From contig DUEL01000012.1 in NCBI GenBank assembly GCA_011192125.1, positions 23,622 through 75,803 on the forward strand: a stretch of 52,182 bases of DNA, given 5' to 3'. Of the stretch, positions 23,615 to 33,018 are shown one piece after another. This stretch comes from Thermoflexia bacterium. GTDB lineage: Bacteria; Chloroflexota; Anaerolineae; B4-G1; DUEL01. The notes under the pieces were generated by a model, which was not told the origin of the DNA, made no database searches, and saw only the letters and a list, made by a program, of their open reading frames with translations. The stretch's first letter is position 1. Every line of letters begins with the position of its first letter. The translations under genes and the position numbers were made by a program.

Positions 23615-25406
23615 ACGTTTCTGGTGGTATTGGGGGATCCTTCGCCGGTGGGGCTGGCTGCTGATGCTCAGCGTGCTCATCCCGGCGTTGGTTGCCGGTG
23701 TCCTCGTGTCCCGTCAGCCGGACTTCTATCGGGCAAAGGCCACGTTGATGGTTGGGACCAGCCTGCAGACCCCCAGTCCCGATCCCTGGCAGTTGACCAT
23801 CGCCAACAATCTGGCCAACGCTTACGCACGTCTGGCCCGGGAGGGGCCGGTGACGCAGGCGGTCATCGATCAGTTGGGCCTCGATCGGAGTACAAGCCAG
23901 CTGGCAGCCCAGATCACGACCCGGGTTTATCCAGAGGCGCAGTTGTTGGAGATCCAGGTGGTGGATCAGGATCCCAAACTGGCGGCGGCGATCGCCAACG
24001 CCATCGCCGAGGAACTGGTCCGGCGGAGTCCGGTTTCCCAGGAGGAGGAGCATCAGCGGCGGGAGTTCATCAAGGCTCAGTTGAGCGACCTGGAGGCGCG
24101 GATCGAACGGCTGAACGGGGAGATCGCTGACCTGCAGAACACGTTGCCGGAACTGACCTCGGCGGCGGAGTTGGAGGAGGCTCGGCGACGGTTGGAGCAG
24201 TTGGAGACGCTCAGAACTAACTATCAATCCACCTATGCCAACTTGCTCGACTCGCTTCAGGTGGAGGCACCCAACGCCCTCTCCATATTTGAGCCCGCCG
24301 CGGAGCCGACAACCCCTCTACCCCGTCGGACCGGGATGACGGTCGGCGCAGCGACGATCGCGGGGTTGGTGCTGGCGATCACCGGGGTGCTGGTCGTCGA
24401 GCGGCTGGACGACTCGGTCCGGTGGGAAGAAGTAGAGGAAGGGACGTTCCTTGATCGACCGGTGCTGGGGGCGATCCCTCGCATCAGGGTGGGCCGCGAT
24501 CGGTTGCTCTCCACCGTGCCGCTCCAGCCGGACGACCTGGAGGCACTGCGACATCTGCGGACCGCGCTGATGATGGAGTTAGGGGAGCGTTGGCCGGTTG
24601 TCGTGTTGGTCGCTGGGGCGGACGTCAAGGTTGGCAGGACCTTTATCACGGCCGGTCTGGGGAAGGCTTTGGCAGAGGCGGGATTGCGCACCCTCTTGGT
24701 CGATGGGAACCTCCGTTCCCCTGCGCTCCACGAGTGGTTTGATCAGCCCAACCTGGAGGGCCTGACCGAACTGTTGCAGGGCCAGAGGGATTTGACCGGT
24801 GCGTGGGACCTTGTTGAGGGGGTTCCCACCGGTGTGGACCGCCTTCACCTGCTGCCTGCGGGTCGGCCTGCGTCCGATCCGACGGTCCTGTTCGTCGGCG
24901 ACCGGTGGGCCGCGCTGTTGGAGGAACTGAAGAAGGGGGCCGACGTCGTCCTCATCGACACCCCTGCCGGTCTTACATCTCCCGAGGTCCTTCTCCTCGC
25001 CCGTCGGTGCGAGGGCGTCCTGGTGGTCTGCGGGCACCGGCGGACACGGTCTGCGTCCCTCTCGCAGATGCTCAAGTCGCTCGAGGAGCACGCCCCGAGG
25101 GTCCCGGCCTGGCTGGCGTTCAACCGGGTGCCTCGGCGGCAGCTCCGCCTTCACCCGACGCCCCAATGGGCGGCCGAACGAGCCCCGCTCGCTGAGCGGC
25201 CGACGCTGTCCGTCGGCGAGGCTGCGAAGGTCCTGGGGGTCCGTCCCGCTGTGGTCCGCCGCTGGTGCCGCACGGGACGACTGCAGGCGGAGCGTGTCCG
25301 ATGGCGCTGGATCATTCGACGGGAGGACCTGGAACGGCTCATGCCACCTGCGGAGGTCGCAGAGATCGAGAAGGCCCCTCAAACAGAGCCTGCTCCGTTA
25401 AGTTAA
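23607..25406 (+). CDS. Wzc/CpsCD-like polysaccharide co-polymerase with degenerate BY-kinase domain and C-terminal excisionase-type HTH
   Basis: TM-Wzz-coiled coil-TM, VLGAIP, EALRHLRT; Walker A GADVKVGRT; DGNLRSP; IDTPA; tail LSVGEAAKVLGVRPAVVRRWCRTGRLQA. Confidence 0.85.
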   Translation: MSKRFWWYWGILRRWGWLLMLSVLIPALVAGVLVSRQPDFYRAKATLMVGTSLQTPSPDPWQLTIANNLANAYARLAREGPVTQAVIDQLGLDRSTSQLAAQITTRVYPEAQLLEIQVVDQDPKLAAAIANAIAEELVRRSPVSQEEEHQRREFIKAQLSDLEARIERLNGEIADLQNTLPELTSAAELEEARRRLEQLETLRTNYQSTYANLLDSLQVEAPNALSIFEPAAEPTTPLPRRTGMTVGAATIAGLVLAITGVLVVERLDDSVRWEEVEEGTFLDRPVLGAIPRIRVGRDRLLSTVPLQPDDLEALRHLRTALMMELGERWPVVVLVAGADVKVGRTFITAGLGKALAEAGLRTLLVDGNLRSPALHEWFDQPNLEGLTELLQGQRDLTGAWDLVEGVPTGVDRLHLLPAGRPASDPTVLFVGDRWAALLEELKKGADVVLIDTPAGLTSPEVLLLARRCEGVLVVCGHRRTRSASLSQMLKSLEEHAPRVPAWLAFNRVPRRQLRLHPTPQWAAERAPLAERPTLSVGEAAKVLGVRPAVVRRWCRTGRLQAERVRWRWIIRREDLERLMPPAEVAEIEKAPQTEPAPLS

Positions 25407-25506
25407 GAACCAACCGCCCGGATTTTGGCGGACGTTGGCAACGATGACGCGTGCTTGTCGGATGTCAAGCCAGTCTTCCCCGGGCGGTTTATGATGGGAG
25501 GTAGGA

Positions 25507-26289
25507 GTGGTCGCATACGTTCGCGAGTTGGTTGCATACAGAGAACTTCTCTGGAGTTGGGTCGGCCGAGAGGTAAAGGTCCGTTACAAGCAGTCGTTGC
25601 TGGGGGCGGCCTGGGCCATCCTCCAGCCGCTTTCGGCTACCATCATTATGGCGGTGGTCTTCTCCTACTTCGTCCGTCTTCCGACCGGCGGGATCCCCTA
25701 TCCGATCTTCTACTACTCCGCCCTCCTGCCCTGGACCTTCACCGTCACTTCGATCACCCTGGGGACGGAAAGCCTGGTGCGCAATATGCATCTGGTGAGC
25801 AAGATCTACTTCCCTCGGGAGATTCTCCCCCTGGCCTCGGTGCTCGCCGGCCTGGTGGACCTCTCTATCGCCTCCGTGGTCTTCGTCCTGATGATGCTCT
25901 TCTACCGCTTTCCCCTGGGCCCGACCTTCGCCCTCGTCCCCCTGCTGCTTCTGATCCAGGTGCTGCTCACGAGCGGCGTGGTCCTCTTCGCCTCCGCGCT
26001 GAACGTCTTCTATCGGGACATCCGGTTCATCGTCCCGCTGGGGGTGCAGTTGTGGATGTACCTGACCCCCATTATCTACCCTGTGGATATGGTCCCGGAG
26101 CGGTTCCGAGCCCTCTATATGCTCAATCCGATGGCAGTGCTCATCGACGGGTACCGGCGGGTGATCCTCTACAGGGAGTGGATGGATCCCACGCAGTTGT
26201 TGGTGGCGGCGTCGATCTCCCTTGTGGTCTTCGTGCTGGCCTACGCCTACTTCAAGCGGGCGGAGGCGGTCTTTGCGGACGTCATATAG
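25507..26289 (+). CDS. wzm: polysaccharide ABC transporter permease Wzm
   Basis: KVRYKQSLLGAAWAILQPL, KIYFPRE, YRDI, YLTPIIYP and LNPM motifs. Confidence 0.92.
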   Translation: MVAYVRELVAYRELLWSWVGREVKVRYKQSLLGAAWAILQPLSATIIMAVVFSYFVRLPTGGIPYPIFYYSALLPWTFTVTSITLGTESLVRNMHLVSKIYFPREILPLASVLAGLVDLSIASVVFVLMMLFYRFPLGPTFALVPLLLLIQVLLTSGVVLFASALNVFYRDIRFIVPLGVQLWMYLTPIIYPVDMVPERFRALYMLNPMAVLIDGYRRVILYREWMDPTQLLVAASISLVVFVLAYAYFKRAEAVFADVI

Positions 26290-26306
26290 GGGAGGAGGGG
26301 CGCTGA

Positions 26307-27551
26307 ATGGCCGCGATCGAGTTTGAGAACGTGCGGAAGGCCTATCGCCGTCGGTTCGGACGGGGGAGCCTGCGGGACGCGCTGCCGAACCTGCTGGGCA
26401 GGGTGGTCGGGCGGGATGGGAAGGACCGAGGGGACTTGCTCTGGGCGCTGGACGGGGTGAGTTTTGAGGTCGAGAAGGGGGAGGTGCTGGGCATCATCGG
26501 CCCCAACGGGGCGGGGAAGACAACCGTCCTGAAACTCCTCTCCCGGGTCACCCGCCCCACCAGCGGGCGGATCACGGTGCGTGGCAGGGTATCGGCCCTC
26601 ATCGAGCTGGGCGCTGGCTTCCATCCCGACCTGAGCGGGCGGGAGAACATCTACCTCAACGGCGCTATCCTGGGGCTGAAGCGGCGGGAGATCGACGAGA
26701 AGTTCGACAGTATCGTCGCCTTCTCCGAACTGGAGGAGTTCATCGATATGCCGGTCAAGCGGTACTCCTCCGGCATGTTCGTCCGGCTGGGCTTCGCCGT
26801 GGCGGTCCACGTGGATCCGGACGTGCTCCTTATCGACGAGGTGCTGGCGGTGGGCGACTATATGTTCCGCGATAAATGCGTCCAGCGGATCCAGGAGTTC
26901 CGGGATGCCGGCAAGACGATGGTAGTGGTCTCCCACAACAAGGAAATGATCCAGAAGTTGTGCGATCGGACCCTGTTCCTCTACAAGGGCAAGGTGATGT
27001 TCCTGGGGGAGACCCAGAAGGCGCTGGACCTGTACCACACCGGCTTCGCTGGCGAGGCGCTGCGGCGGGAGGTGGAGGGGCGGGGGGACGGCGGTCGGGA
27101 GATAGAGATCACGCGGGTGGAACTGCTCGACGGGGAGGGGAAGCCCCGCAACTCCTTCCTGACGGCGGAGCCGATGCGGCTGCGCATCTATTTTCGCACC
27201 AACGCGTCGGTGGACGATCCCGTTTTCTACTCCCGCATCCGTCAGGGATATCGCGTCCTCCACGGCACTACGACGGCCCGATTCGACATCCGGGGCCACT
27301 TCGAGCCGGGGGACGAGGGGGTCGCCGAGGTCCTTTACGAGAGCCTGAACCTCCTCAACGGGGAGTACAACATCAACGTGGGGATCAAACGGGACCATTT
27401 CTCCCCGTTGACCTATGATCAGATCGACGGGGCCGTTCACTTCGTGGTGGGCTCCCGGTTCGATCAGGGAGGAGCGTTGGTCTACCTGCCGCATCGATGG
27501 AGTGTGCGGGGAGCAAGAGAGCAAGGGGGCAAGGGGGCGGAGGCTGTATGA
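26307..27551 (+). CDS. wzt: polysaccharide ABC transporter ATPase Wzt with C-terminal carbohydrate-binding domain
   Basis: GPNGAGKTT, YSSGM, IDEVLAVGD, plus a ~150-aa C-terminal beta-rich Wzt_C-like region. Confidence 0.93.
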   Translation: MAAIEFENVRKAYRRRFGRGSLRDALPNLLGRVVGRDGKDRGDLLWALDGVSFEVEKGEVLGIIGPNGAGKTTVLKLLSRVTRPTSGRITVRGRVSALIELGAGFHPDLSGRENIYLNGAILGLKRREIDEKFDSIVAFSELEEFIDMPVKRYSSGMFVRLGFAVAVHVDPDVLLIDEVLAVGDYMFRDKCVQRIQEFRDAGKTMVVVSHNKEMIQKLCDRTLFLYKGKVMFLGETQKALDLYHTGFAGEALRREVEGRGDGGREIEITRVELLDGEGKPRNSFLTAEPMRLRIYFRTNASVDDPVFYSRIRQGYRVLHGTTTARFDIRGHFEPGDEGVAEVLYESLNLLNGEYNINVGIKRDHFSPLTYDQIDGAVHFVVGSRFDQGGALVYLPHRWSVRGAREQGGKGAEAV

Positions 27552-29188
27552 GGAAGACGTTGGTGTTGAGCATCGATAGCGGTTGTTGGGAGTATCTGGA
27601 CCCCCTGTTGGCGGCGGGGCGGATGCCGAACGTCGCCCGTCTGCTCGATAGGGGTGCGCGGGGTATCCTGGAATCGACGATGCCCCCCATCACGCCGGTG
27701 GCCTTTTCCTCCTTCATCACCGGGGTCAATCCGGGCAAGCACGGCGTCTTCGACTGGTCGCTCCACCACGGGGACGGCACGAGAGGGATGGTCAACGCTG
27801 CGGCCTTGAGGGCCGTTCCCTTCTGGACCTATCTGAACCATAAGGGGATCCGGGTGGGGCTGTTCAACGTTCCTCTCACCTACCCCCCGCGCCCGCTCGA
27901 CGGGTTCGTCGTGCCGGGGATCCCGGTCCCCCACACCGCTCGCCGCCTTACCTACCCCCCAGAGGTGCTGAATCAGTTGGAGGACCGGTTCGGCCCCTAT
28001 CGAGTGGACGTGGACCGCGGCCTCCTGAACGAGGGCATCGATGCCTACCTCCAGGCGTGGATCAAGTACGAGGCGGTCCAGACCGAGGCCGCGTTGATGC
28101 TGATGGAGATGTATGCGGTCGACCTGCTGGTCCTCAACTACGCTTCGCTGGACCGAGTGAACCACTTCGCGCCGGAGATGGAGTCCATAGAGCAGGTGCT
28201 GAGCAACATCGATGCGCAGATCGGCCGCTTCTTGGAGCGGTACCCCGACGCCAACTACATCCTGATGTCCGACCACGGCTCCCGGCGCGTACGGACCGCT
28301 TTTCTGCTGGGGCCGTGGCTGGTTCAGCACGGCTACGCTGCCTATGGCGAGTATTCGCTGGACATCCCTCCCTATGAGGTCAACTTCGCCCTGGCCCGCT
28401 ACTTGCGGGGGAGGGGGATGCAGGGCACAGAGGAGCGGTTCGTGCGGGGGGTGCTCCGCTTGCTGCTCAGGATGGCACCCGCTCCGCTGCGGCGTCGCTT
28501 CTGGGAGTCGGCCTATCGGTCCGTACCGGGGGCGCTGGCCTACCGGTTCACCGAGCGGCTGGATTGGGCCCGGACGAAGGTCTTCGCAACGTCCAACAGC
28601 GGTCCCCTTTTGATCAACACGGGGATGGGGAACGGCAGGGGGGCGGTCTCCCCCGGGGAGTACGAGAGGGTGCGCGAATCGTTGATCCGCGACCTCCTCG
28701 CCGTCCGCGATCCCCAGGGTCGTCCCGTCTTCTCCCGAGTGTACCGGCGGGAGGAGATCTACCACGGGCCTGCCCTCGCCAGCGGGCCCGACGTGATCGC
28801 CGATCACTACGAGTCCGACTGTGACGTCGTGGTGGACAACAAGCCGGGCCAGTTCTGTTTCCTCGACCGGCTCGGCCGGTTCGGCGACCACACCCGCAGG
28901 GGGATCCTGGTGGTGAGCGGACCGGATTTCGTGCAGCGCCCCCCGGTCAACCCGGCGCACGCCTCCATCCTCGATCTGCCCGCCACGCTGCTCCATCTCT
29001 ACGGCGTGCCGGTGCCGCAGGAGTGGGACGGGCAGGTCCTGCGGGGGCTGCTAGCGCCGCCCCTCGCCGAGCGGGGGGTCGTTCGGGTGAAGACGGCTGC
29101 GCTGGACGGGGGGACGGGGGAGAAGGGGTACAGCGCGGACGAAGAGGCGCAGGTGATGGAGCATCTGCGGGACCTGGGGTATCTGTGA
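27548..29188 (+). CDS. alkaline phosphatase superfamily (nucleotide pyrophosphatase/phosphodiesterase-like) protein
   Basis: LSID, STMPPIT, TGVNPGKHGVFD, MSDHG, DH and C-terminal HLRDLGYL. Confidence 0.85.
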   Translation: MRKTLVLSIDSGCWEYLDPLLAAGRMPNVARLLDRGARGILESTMPPITPVAFSSFITGVNPGKHGVFDWSLHHGDGTRGMVNAAALRAVPFWTYLNHKGIRVGLFNVPLTYPPRPLDGFVVPGIPVPHTARRLTYPPEVLNQLEDRFGPYRVDVDRGLLNEGIDAYLQAWIKYEAVQTEAALMLMEMYAVDLLVLNYASLDRVNHFAPEMESIEQVLSNIDAQIGRFLERYPDANYILMSDHGSRRVRTAFLLGPWLVQHGYAAYGEYSLDIPPYEVNFALARYLRGRGMQGTEERFVRGVLRLLLRMAPAPLRRRFWESAYRSVPGALAYRFTERLDWARTKVFATSNSGPLLINTGMGNGRGAVSPGEYERVRESLIRDLLAVRDPQGRPVFSRVYRREEIYHGPALASGPDVIADHYESDCDVVVDNKPGQFCFLDRLGRFGDHTRRGILVVSGPDFVQRPPVNPAHASILDLPATLLHLYGVPVPQEWDGQVLRGLLAPPLAERGVVRVKTAALDGGTGEKGYSADEEAQVMEHLRDLGYL

Positions 29189-29202
29189 GCCGAGAGGACG
29201 TG

Positions 29203-30480
29203 ATGGACCACCTGTTGATTACCCACACTTTTCCCCCCCGTGTCGGCGGCCGGGAGTCCTATCTGTTTCATCTGTTCTCCCGGCTCGATCCGTCCCGCGT
29301 GACGGTGGTGACGCCGGATCGTGAGGGGGAGTGGGAGACGTTTGACCGCAGTGCGCCGTTTCGGATGGTGCGGGTGCCGCCGGAGGGGTTGTACTGGTTC
29401 TTCCGAGGGGGGCGTAAACTCCGGCTGCGATGGGTCCTTTCCCTGGCAGGCCTCTGCCTGCGGCACCGGGTTGGCCTGGTCCATTGCGCCGTCGCCCTGC
29501 CGGACGGGATGACCGGCCTGCTCCTGAAGCGGACGCTGGGCCTGCCCTACGTCCAGTACGTCTTCGGCCTGGAGATCGCCCGCCCGGCGCTGGAGCCCTG
29601 GACGCGGGAGCGGATCGGGTGGGTGTTGCGGGAGGCCGACCGCGTTGTGGCGATCAGCCGGGCCACGGCGGATCTGGCGGTGCGGCTGGGAGCGCACCCC
29701 GACCGTATCGCTCTTGTCCCTCCTGGCGTCGACGTGGTCGCATACCATCCCGATCCGGCAGCCGGGGCCGCGGTCCGAAGGCAGTACGGCTTGGACGGCC
29801 GCAGGGTCATCCTCACCCTCGGGCGGCTGGTCGCCCGCAAGGGGCAGGACATGGTGATCCGCGCGCTGCCGGGGGTGCTGGAATCGGTGCCGGAGGCGGT
29901 CTACCTCATCGCCGGGAGCGGTCCCGACCGGGAACGGCTGGAGCGGCTGGCGTGGGAGGTCGGCGTGGCGGACCGGGTGATCTTCGCCGGGCGGGTGCCG
30001 GACGAGGAGGTGGTGGCCTACTACAACGGTGCCGACGTGGTAGCGATGCCCAGCCGGGAGGAGCCGGAGACGGGGGACGTGGAGGGGTTCGGCATGGTCT
30101 TTCTGGAGGCCAACGCCTGCGGCAAGCCGGTCGTCGGAGGGCGGTCGGGTGGGGTGGTGGACGCCGTCGCCGATGGGGTGACCGGCTTCCTGGTGGACCC
30201 CCACGATCCGGCTGATCTGGCTGCTCGGCTGGTCACGCTGCTACGGGACCCCGACCTGGCCCGCCGGATGGGGGAGGCGGGGCGGGAGCGGGCACAGCGG
30301 GAGTTCACGTGGGACCGGTCGGCGCAGCGGCTGCGGGCTGTGGTGGGAGATCTGGACACGGCAGCGACGGGCGGGGTGGGTCGAGTGCTGCGGTCCCTCC
30401 CCCAGGCGTGGTCGGTTCTCGTCGCCCCGGGTGATCGGAGGGTGTGGGGAAGGAAGCAAGGAGGAGAGTGTGGAGCATAA
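29203..30480 (+). CDS. GT4 glycosyltransferase (PimB-like)
   Basis: FPPRVGG, GRLVARKGQD, EGFGMVFLEANACG. Confidence 0.9.
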   Translation: MDHLLITHTFPPRVGGRESYLFHLFSRLDPSRVTVVTPDREGEWETFDRSAPFRMVRVPPEGLYWFFRGGRKLRLRWVLSLAGLCLRHRVGLVHCAVALPDGMTGLLLKRTLGLPYVQYVFGLEIARPALEPWTRERIGWVLREADRVVAISRATADLAVRLGAHPDRIALVPPGVDVVAYHPDPAAGAAVRRQYGLDGRRVILTLGRLVARKGQDMVIRALPGVLESVPEAVYLIAGSGPDRERLERLAWEVGVADRVIFAGRVPDEEVVAYYNGADVVAMPSREEPETGDVEGFGMVFLEANACGKPVVGGRSGGVVDAVADGVTGFLVDPHDPADLAARLVTLLRDPDLARRMGEAGRERAQREFTWDRSAQRLRAVVGDLDTAATGGVGRVLRSLPQAWSVLVAPGDRRVWGRKQGGECGA

Positions 30481-31153
30481 ACCCGACGGTCTGAAAGGTA
30501 CGGTGGTGAGGTCGAGGCTACAGCGTGCCCTCGCGCATCCTTTTGGCTTCCGCCGTCTCCTGGTGCGAGAGCTCCGCCTCAATGAGGATCTCCCCTCCAT
30601 CGAGCCGCGGGTGCCGGCCACGCTCTGCCGCCTCGGGCCGGAGGACTGGAGCGACCTGATCGCGCTGCGGCCTTTTCTGACCGAAGAGGTGATCCGGCTG
30701 CGGCTGAGCAACGGCCATCGATTCTACGGGGCCAGAGTGGACGGCCGGACCGTGCACGTGCAGGCTATGGCGGTGGGGAAGGCGTTCAACAGTTTCTTGG
30801 ACATCGTTTTTCCGCTCTCGCCAGTCGAGATCTACTTCTACGAAGCGTACACCCTGCCCGAGTATCGGGGGCAGCACATCAGCCCGGCCGTCACCGTATG
30901 GGCGGCTGCCGAGATGCGGAAGGCCGGATATGAGCGTGCCCTGGTCTTCATCTACCCGCACAACCGCCCCGCGCTCCAAGCGAACGCCCGTCAGGGGTTC
31001 CGGCAGGTGGGCCACTTTGGCTATGTGGACCTTCTGGGCGTGCGGCGATACTTCTATTGGAGCCGCGGCGGCGGCTTCGAGCGGGTGCCCAACCGGCTCC
31101 TTGTTCGCAAGCAAAGCCTGGTGCCGATGGATATCCAGGGGACGATTTGGTGA
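30470..31153 (+). CDS. GNAT family N-acetyltransferase
   Basis: YTLPEYRGQHI and NRPALQANARQGF GNAT motifs; SD GAGGAG before GTG 30470. Confidence 0.75.
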   Translation: MEHKPDGLKGTVVRSRLQRALAHPFGFRRLLVRELRLNEDLPSIEPRVPATLCRLGPEDWSDLIALRPFLTEEVIRLRLSNGHRFYGARVDGRTVHVQAMAVGKAFNSFLDIVFPLSPVEIYFYEAYTLPEYRGQHISPAVTVWAAAEMRKAGYERALVFIYPHNRPALQANARQGFRQVGHFGYVDLLGVRRYFYWSRGGGFERVPNRLLVRKQSLVPMDIQGTIW

Positions 31154-31161
31154 GATCAGGA

Positions 31162-33018
31162 ATGCCAGGGCTGGTCGGATTCGTCGGTGAAGTACCTCCA
31201 GCGGAGGCGGAGCAGCGCCTCCGGGAGATGGCGCGGCGGCTGATGGCGCGGGAGACGGATCGGATAGACCTGTACCTTGAGAGGGGGATCGGATTGGGGC
31301 GTGTTGCCCTGGGGACCGTCGCCCGGGAACCCCAGCCGATCTGGAACGAGGACCGTTCCCTCTGCGTCGTGATGGAGGGGGAGGTCTACGACTACGCCGA
31401 TGAGAAGCGTCGTCTGGTCGAAAAAGGCCATCGTTTCCGCACCGAGAGCGATGCCGAGTACCTGCTTCACCTGTACGAGGAGTACGGCGAGGATTTCGCG
31501 CTGCGGCTCAACGGCCCCTTCGTGGCGGCGATCTGGTCGCCCGGGGAGCGCCGTCTGCTGGTGGTCAACGACCGGTGGGGACTGCAGCCCCTCTTCTACG
31601 CTCAGGTCGACGGACGGTTGCTCATCGCCAGCGGGGCGCGGGCCATTCTGGCCGATCCGGCCTACGCCCCTCGGGTGGACCTCAACGGGTTGGCGGAGTT
31701 CCTCACCTTTGAGCATGTGCTGGAGGATCGAACCCTTTTCGAGGGCATTCGGCTTCTGCCGCCCGCCTCGGTGCTGGCCTTCGGGGAGGGCCGACTGGCG
31801 ATCCGGCCCTACTGGGAGTTCCAGTTCGTTGAGGAATACGAGGACCGCTCTGAGGGGTGGTACGTCGAGGGGTTGATCCATCACCTCCGGCAGGCTGTCC
31901 GGCGGTGCCGCCGAGGCGACGGGCCGGAGGGAGTGTTGCTGAGCGGGGGGATGGACTCGCGGGCGGTCCTGGCGGCGATGGACGGGGCGCGGGGGAACGT
32001 GCACACCTTCACCTTTGGCACCCCCGGTTGTGACGACGTCCGGTTGGCGCGGGAGGTGGCGGCCAGGGTAGGGACCCACCACCATTTCGTCCCCCTCCGG
32101 CCGGAGGATCTGCCTCGGATGGTGGAGGAAGGGGTGTGGTTGAGCGATGGGCTGAAGAGCGCGGTCCATATGCACGTCCTCGCTGCCCTGCCTGAGGCCG
32201 CCCGCTGGGTGCGGGTGGTCTACACCGGCTCGCTGGGGGATTCCATCATGGGACAGCACCTCTGCCGCATGCTGATGGACATCCATCCCGAGGATGTGTT
32301 ACTCCGGATGTTGTTCCGGCATTACGCCACGGCTTTCTCGGAGGAGGAAGCGGCGCGATTGCTGGCTCCTGCGGTCTACCGGCAGGTTCGGGGGGTGCCC
32401 TTTGAAACCTTCCGGTGTGCGTTGCAGGCGTCCCACGCGACGCTTTCGGCCAACCGGCGGGAGCAGTACTCCATCCGGCAGAACGAGCGTCGCTGGATCC
32501 TGGAGGGGCAACGGCTGCTGCGGAGCCAGTTGGTCGTGCGCACCCCTTTCTACGACGTCGATCTGGTGGACTTCATGGTCCGCGTGCCCCCTGGCCTGCG
32601 GTTGGAGGGGTATCTGTACCGGCAGGCTTTCGCCGTCGCCTTCCCCGACCTGGCGAAGGTCCCTCTGGAAAAGACAGGAGAGCCCCTGGTGCCCTGTATG
32701 CGTGGGGTGCTGATTCGTCTTCGGCAGCAACTCCGCTGGTGGCTGCATACAACCGGGCTGCGCTTCATCTCGCCGCCGCGCCGCTGCCATTACGCCGACT
32801 ACAACGGCTGGATGCGCACGGTGCTCCGTCCCTGGGTCGAGGAGGTCCTTCTGAGCGATCGGTCGCTGGATCGGGGGCTCTTTAACCCGGAGGCCGTTCG
32901 CGATTTGGTGGAGGAGCATATGTCCGGTGTGGACCACGCTCGAAAGCTGGGCGTGCTACTGACGTTCGAGTTGTGGTGTCGGCAGTTCTTGGATGGAGAT
33001 GGAGAGGTGGGACGATGA
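31162..33018 (+). CDS. asparagine synthetase B-like amidoligase lacking the N-terminal catalytic Cys
   Basis: Starts MPGLVG; QPIWNED, GEVYD, SDAE, DRWGLQPLFY, LSGGMDSR and RTPFYD motifs. Confidence 0.87.
   Translation: MPGLVGFVGEVPPAEAEQRLREMARRLMARETDRIDLYLERGIGLGRVALGTVAREPQPIWNEDRSLCVVMEGEVYDYADEKRRLVEKGHRFRTESDAEYLLHLYEEYGEDFALRLNGPFVAAIWSPGERRLLVVNDRWGLQPLFYAQVDGRLLIASGARAILADPAYAPRVDLNGLAEFLTFEHVLEDRTLFEGIRLLPPASVLAFGEGRLAIRPYWEFQFVEEYEDRSEGWYVEGLIHHLRQAVRRCRRGDGPEGVLLSGGMDSRAVLAAMDGARGNVHTFTFGTPGCDDVRLAREVAARVGTHHHFVPLRPEDLPRMVEEGVWLSDGLKSAVHMHVLAALPEAARWVRVVYTGSLGDSIMGQHLCRMLMDIHPEDVLLRMLFRHYATAFSEEEAARLLAPAVYRQVRGVPFETFRCALQASHATLSANRREQYSIRQNERRWILEGQRLLRSQLVVRTPFYDVDLVDFMVRVPPGLRLEGYLYRQAFAVAFPDLAKVPLEKTGEPLVPCMRGVLIRLRQQLRWWLHTTGLRFISPPRRCHYADYNGWMRTVLRPWVEEVLLSDRSLDRGLFNPEAVRDLVEEHMSGVDHARKLGVLLTFELWCRQFLDGDGEVGR

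Noticed and set aside
25204-25340. Excisionase of a prophage or integrative element
   Set aside because: The HTH is fused in frame to the Wzc-like protein, with no integrase, att site or phage genes nearby.
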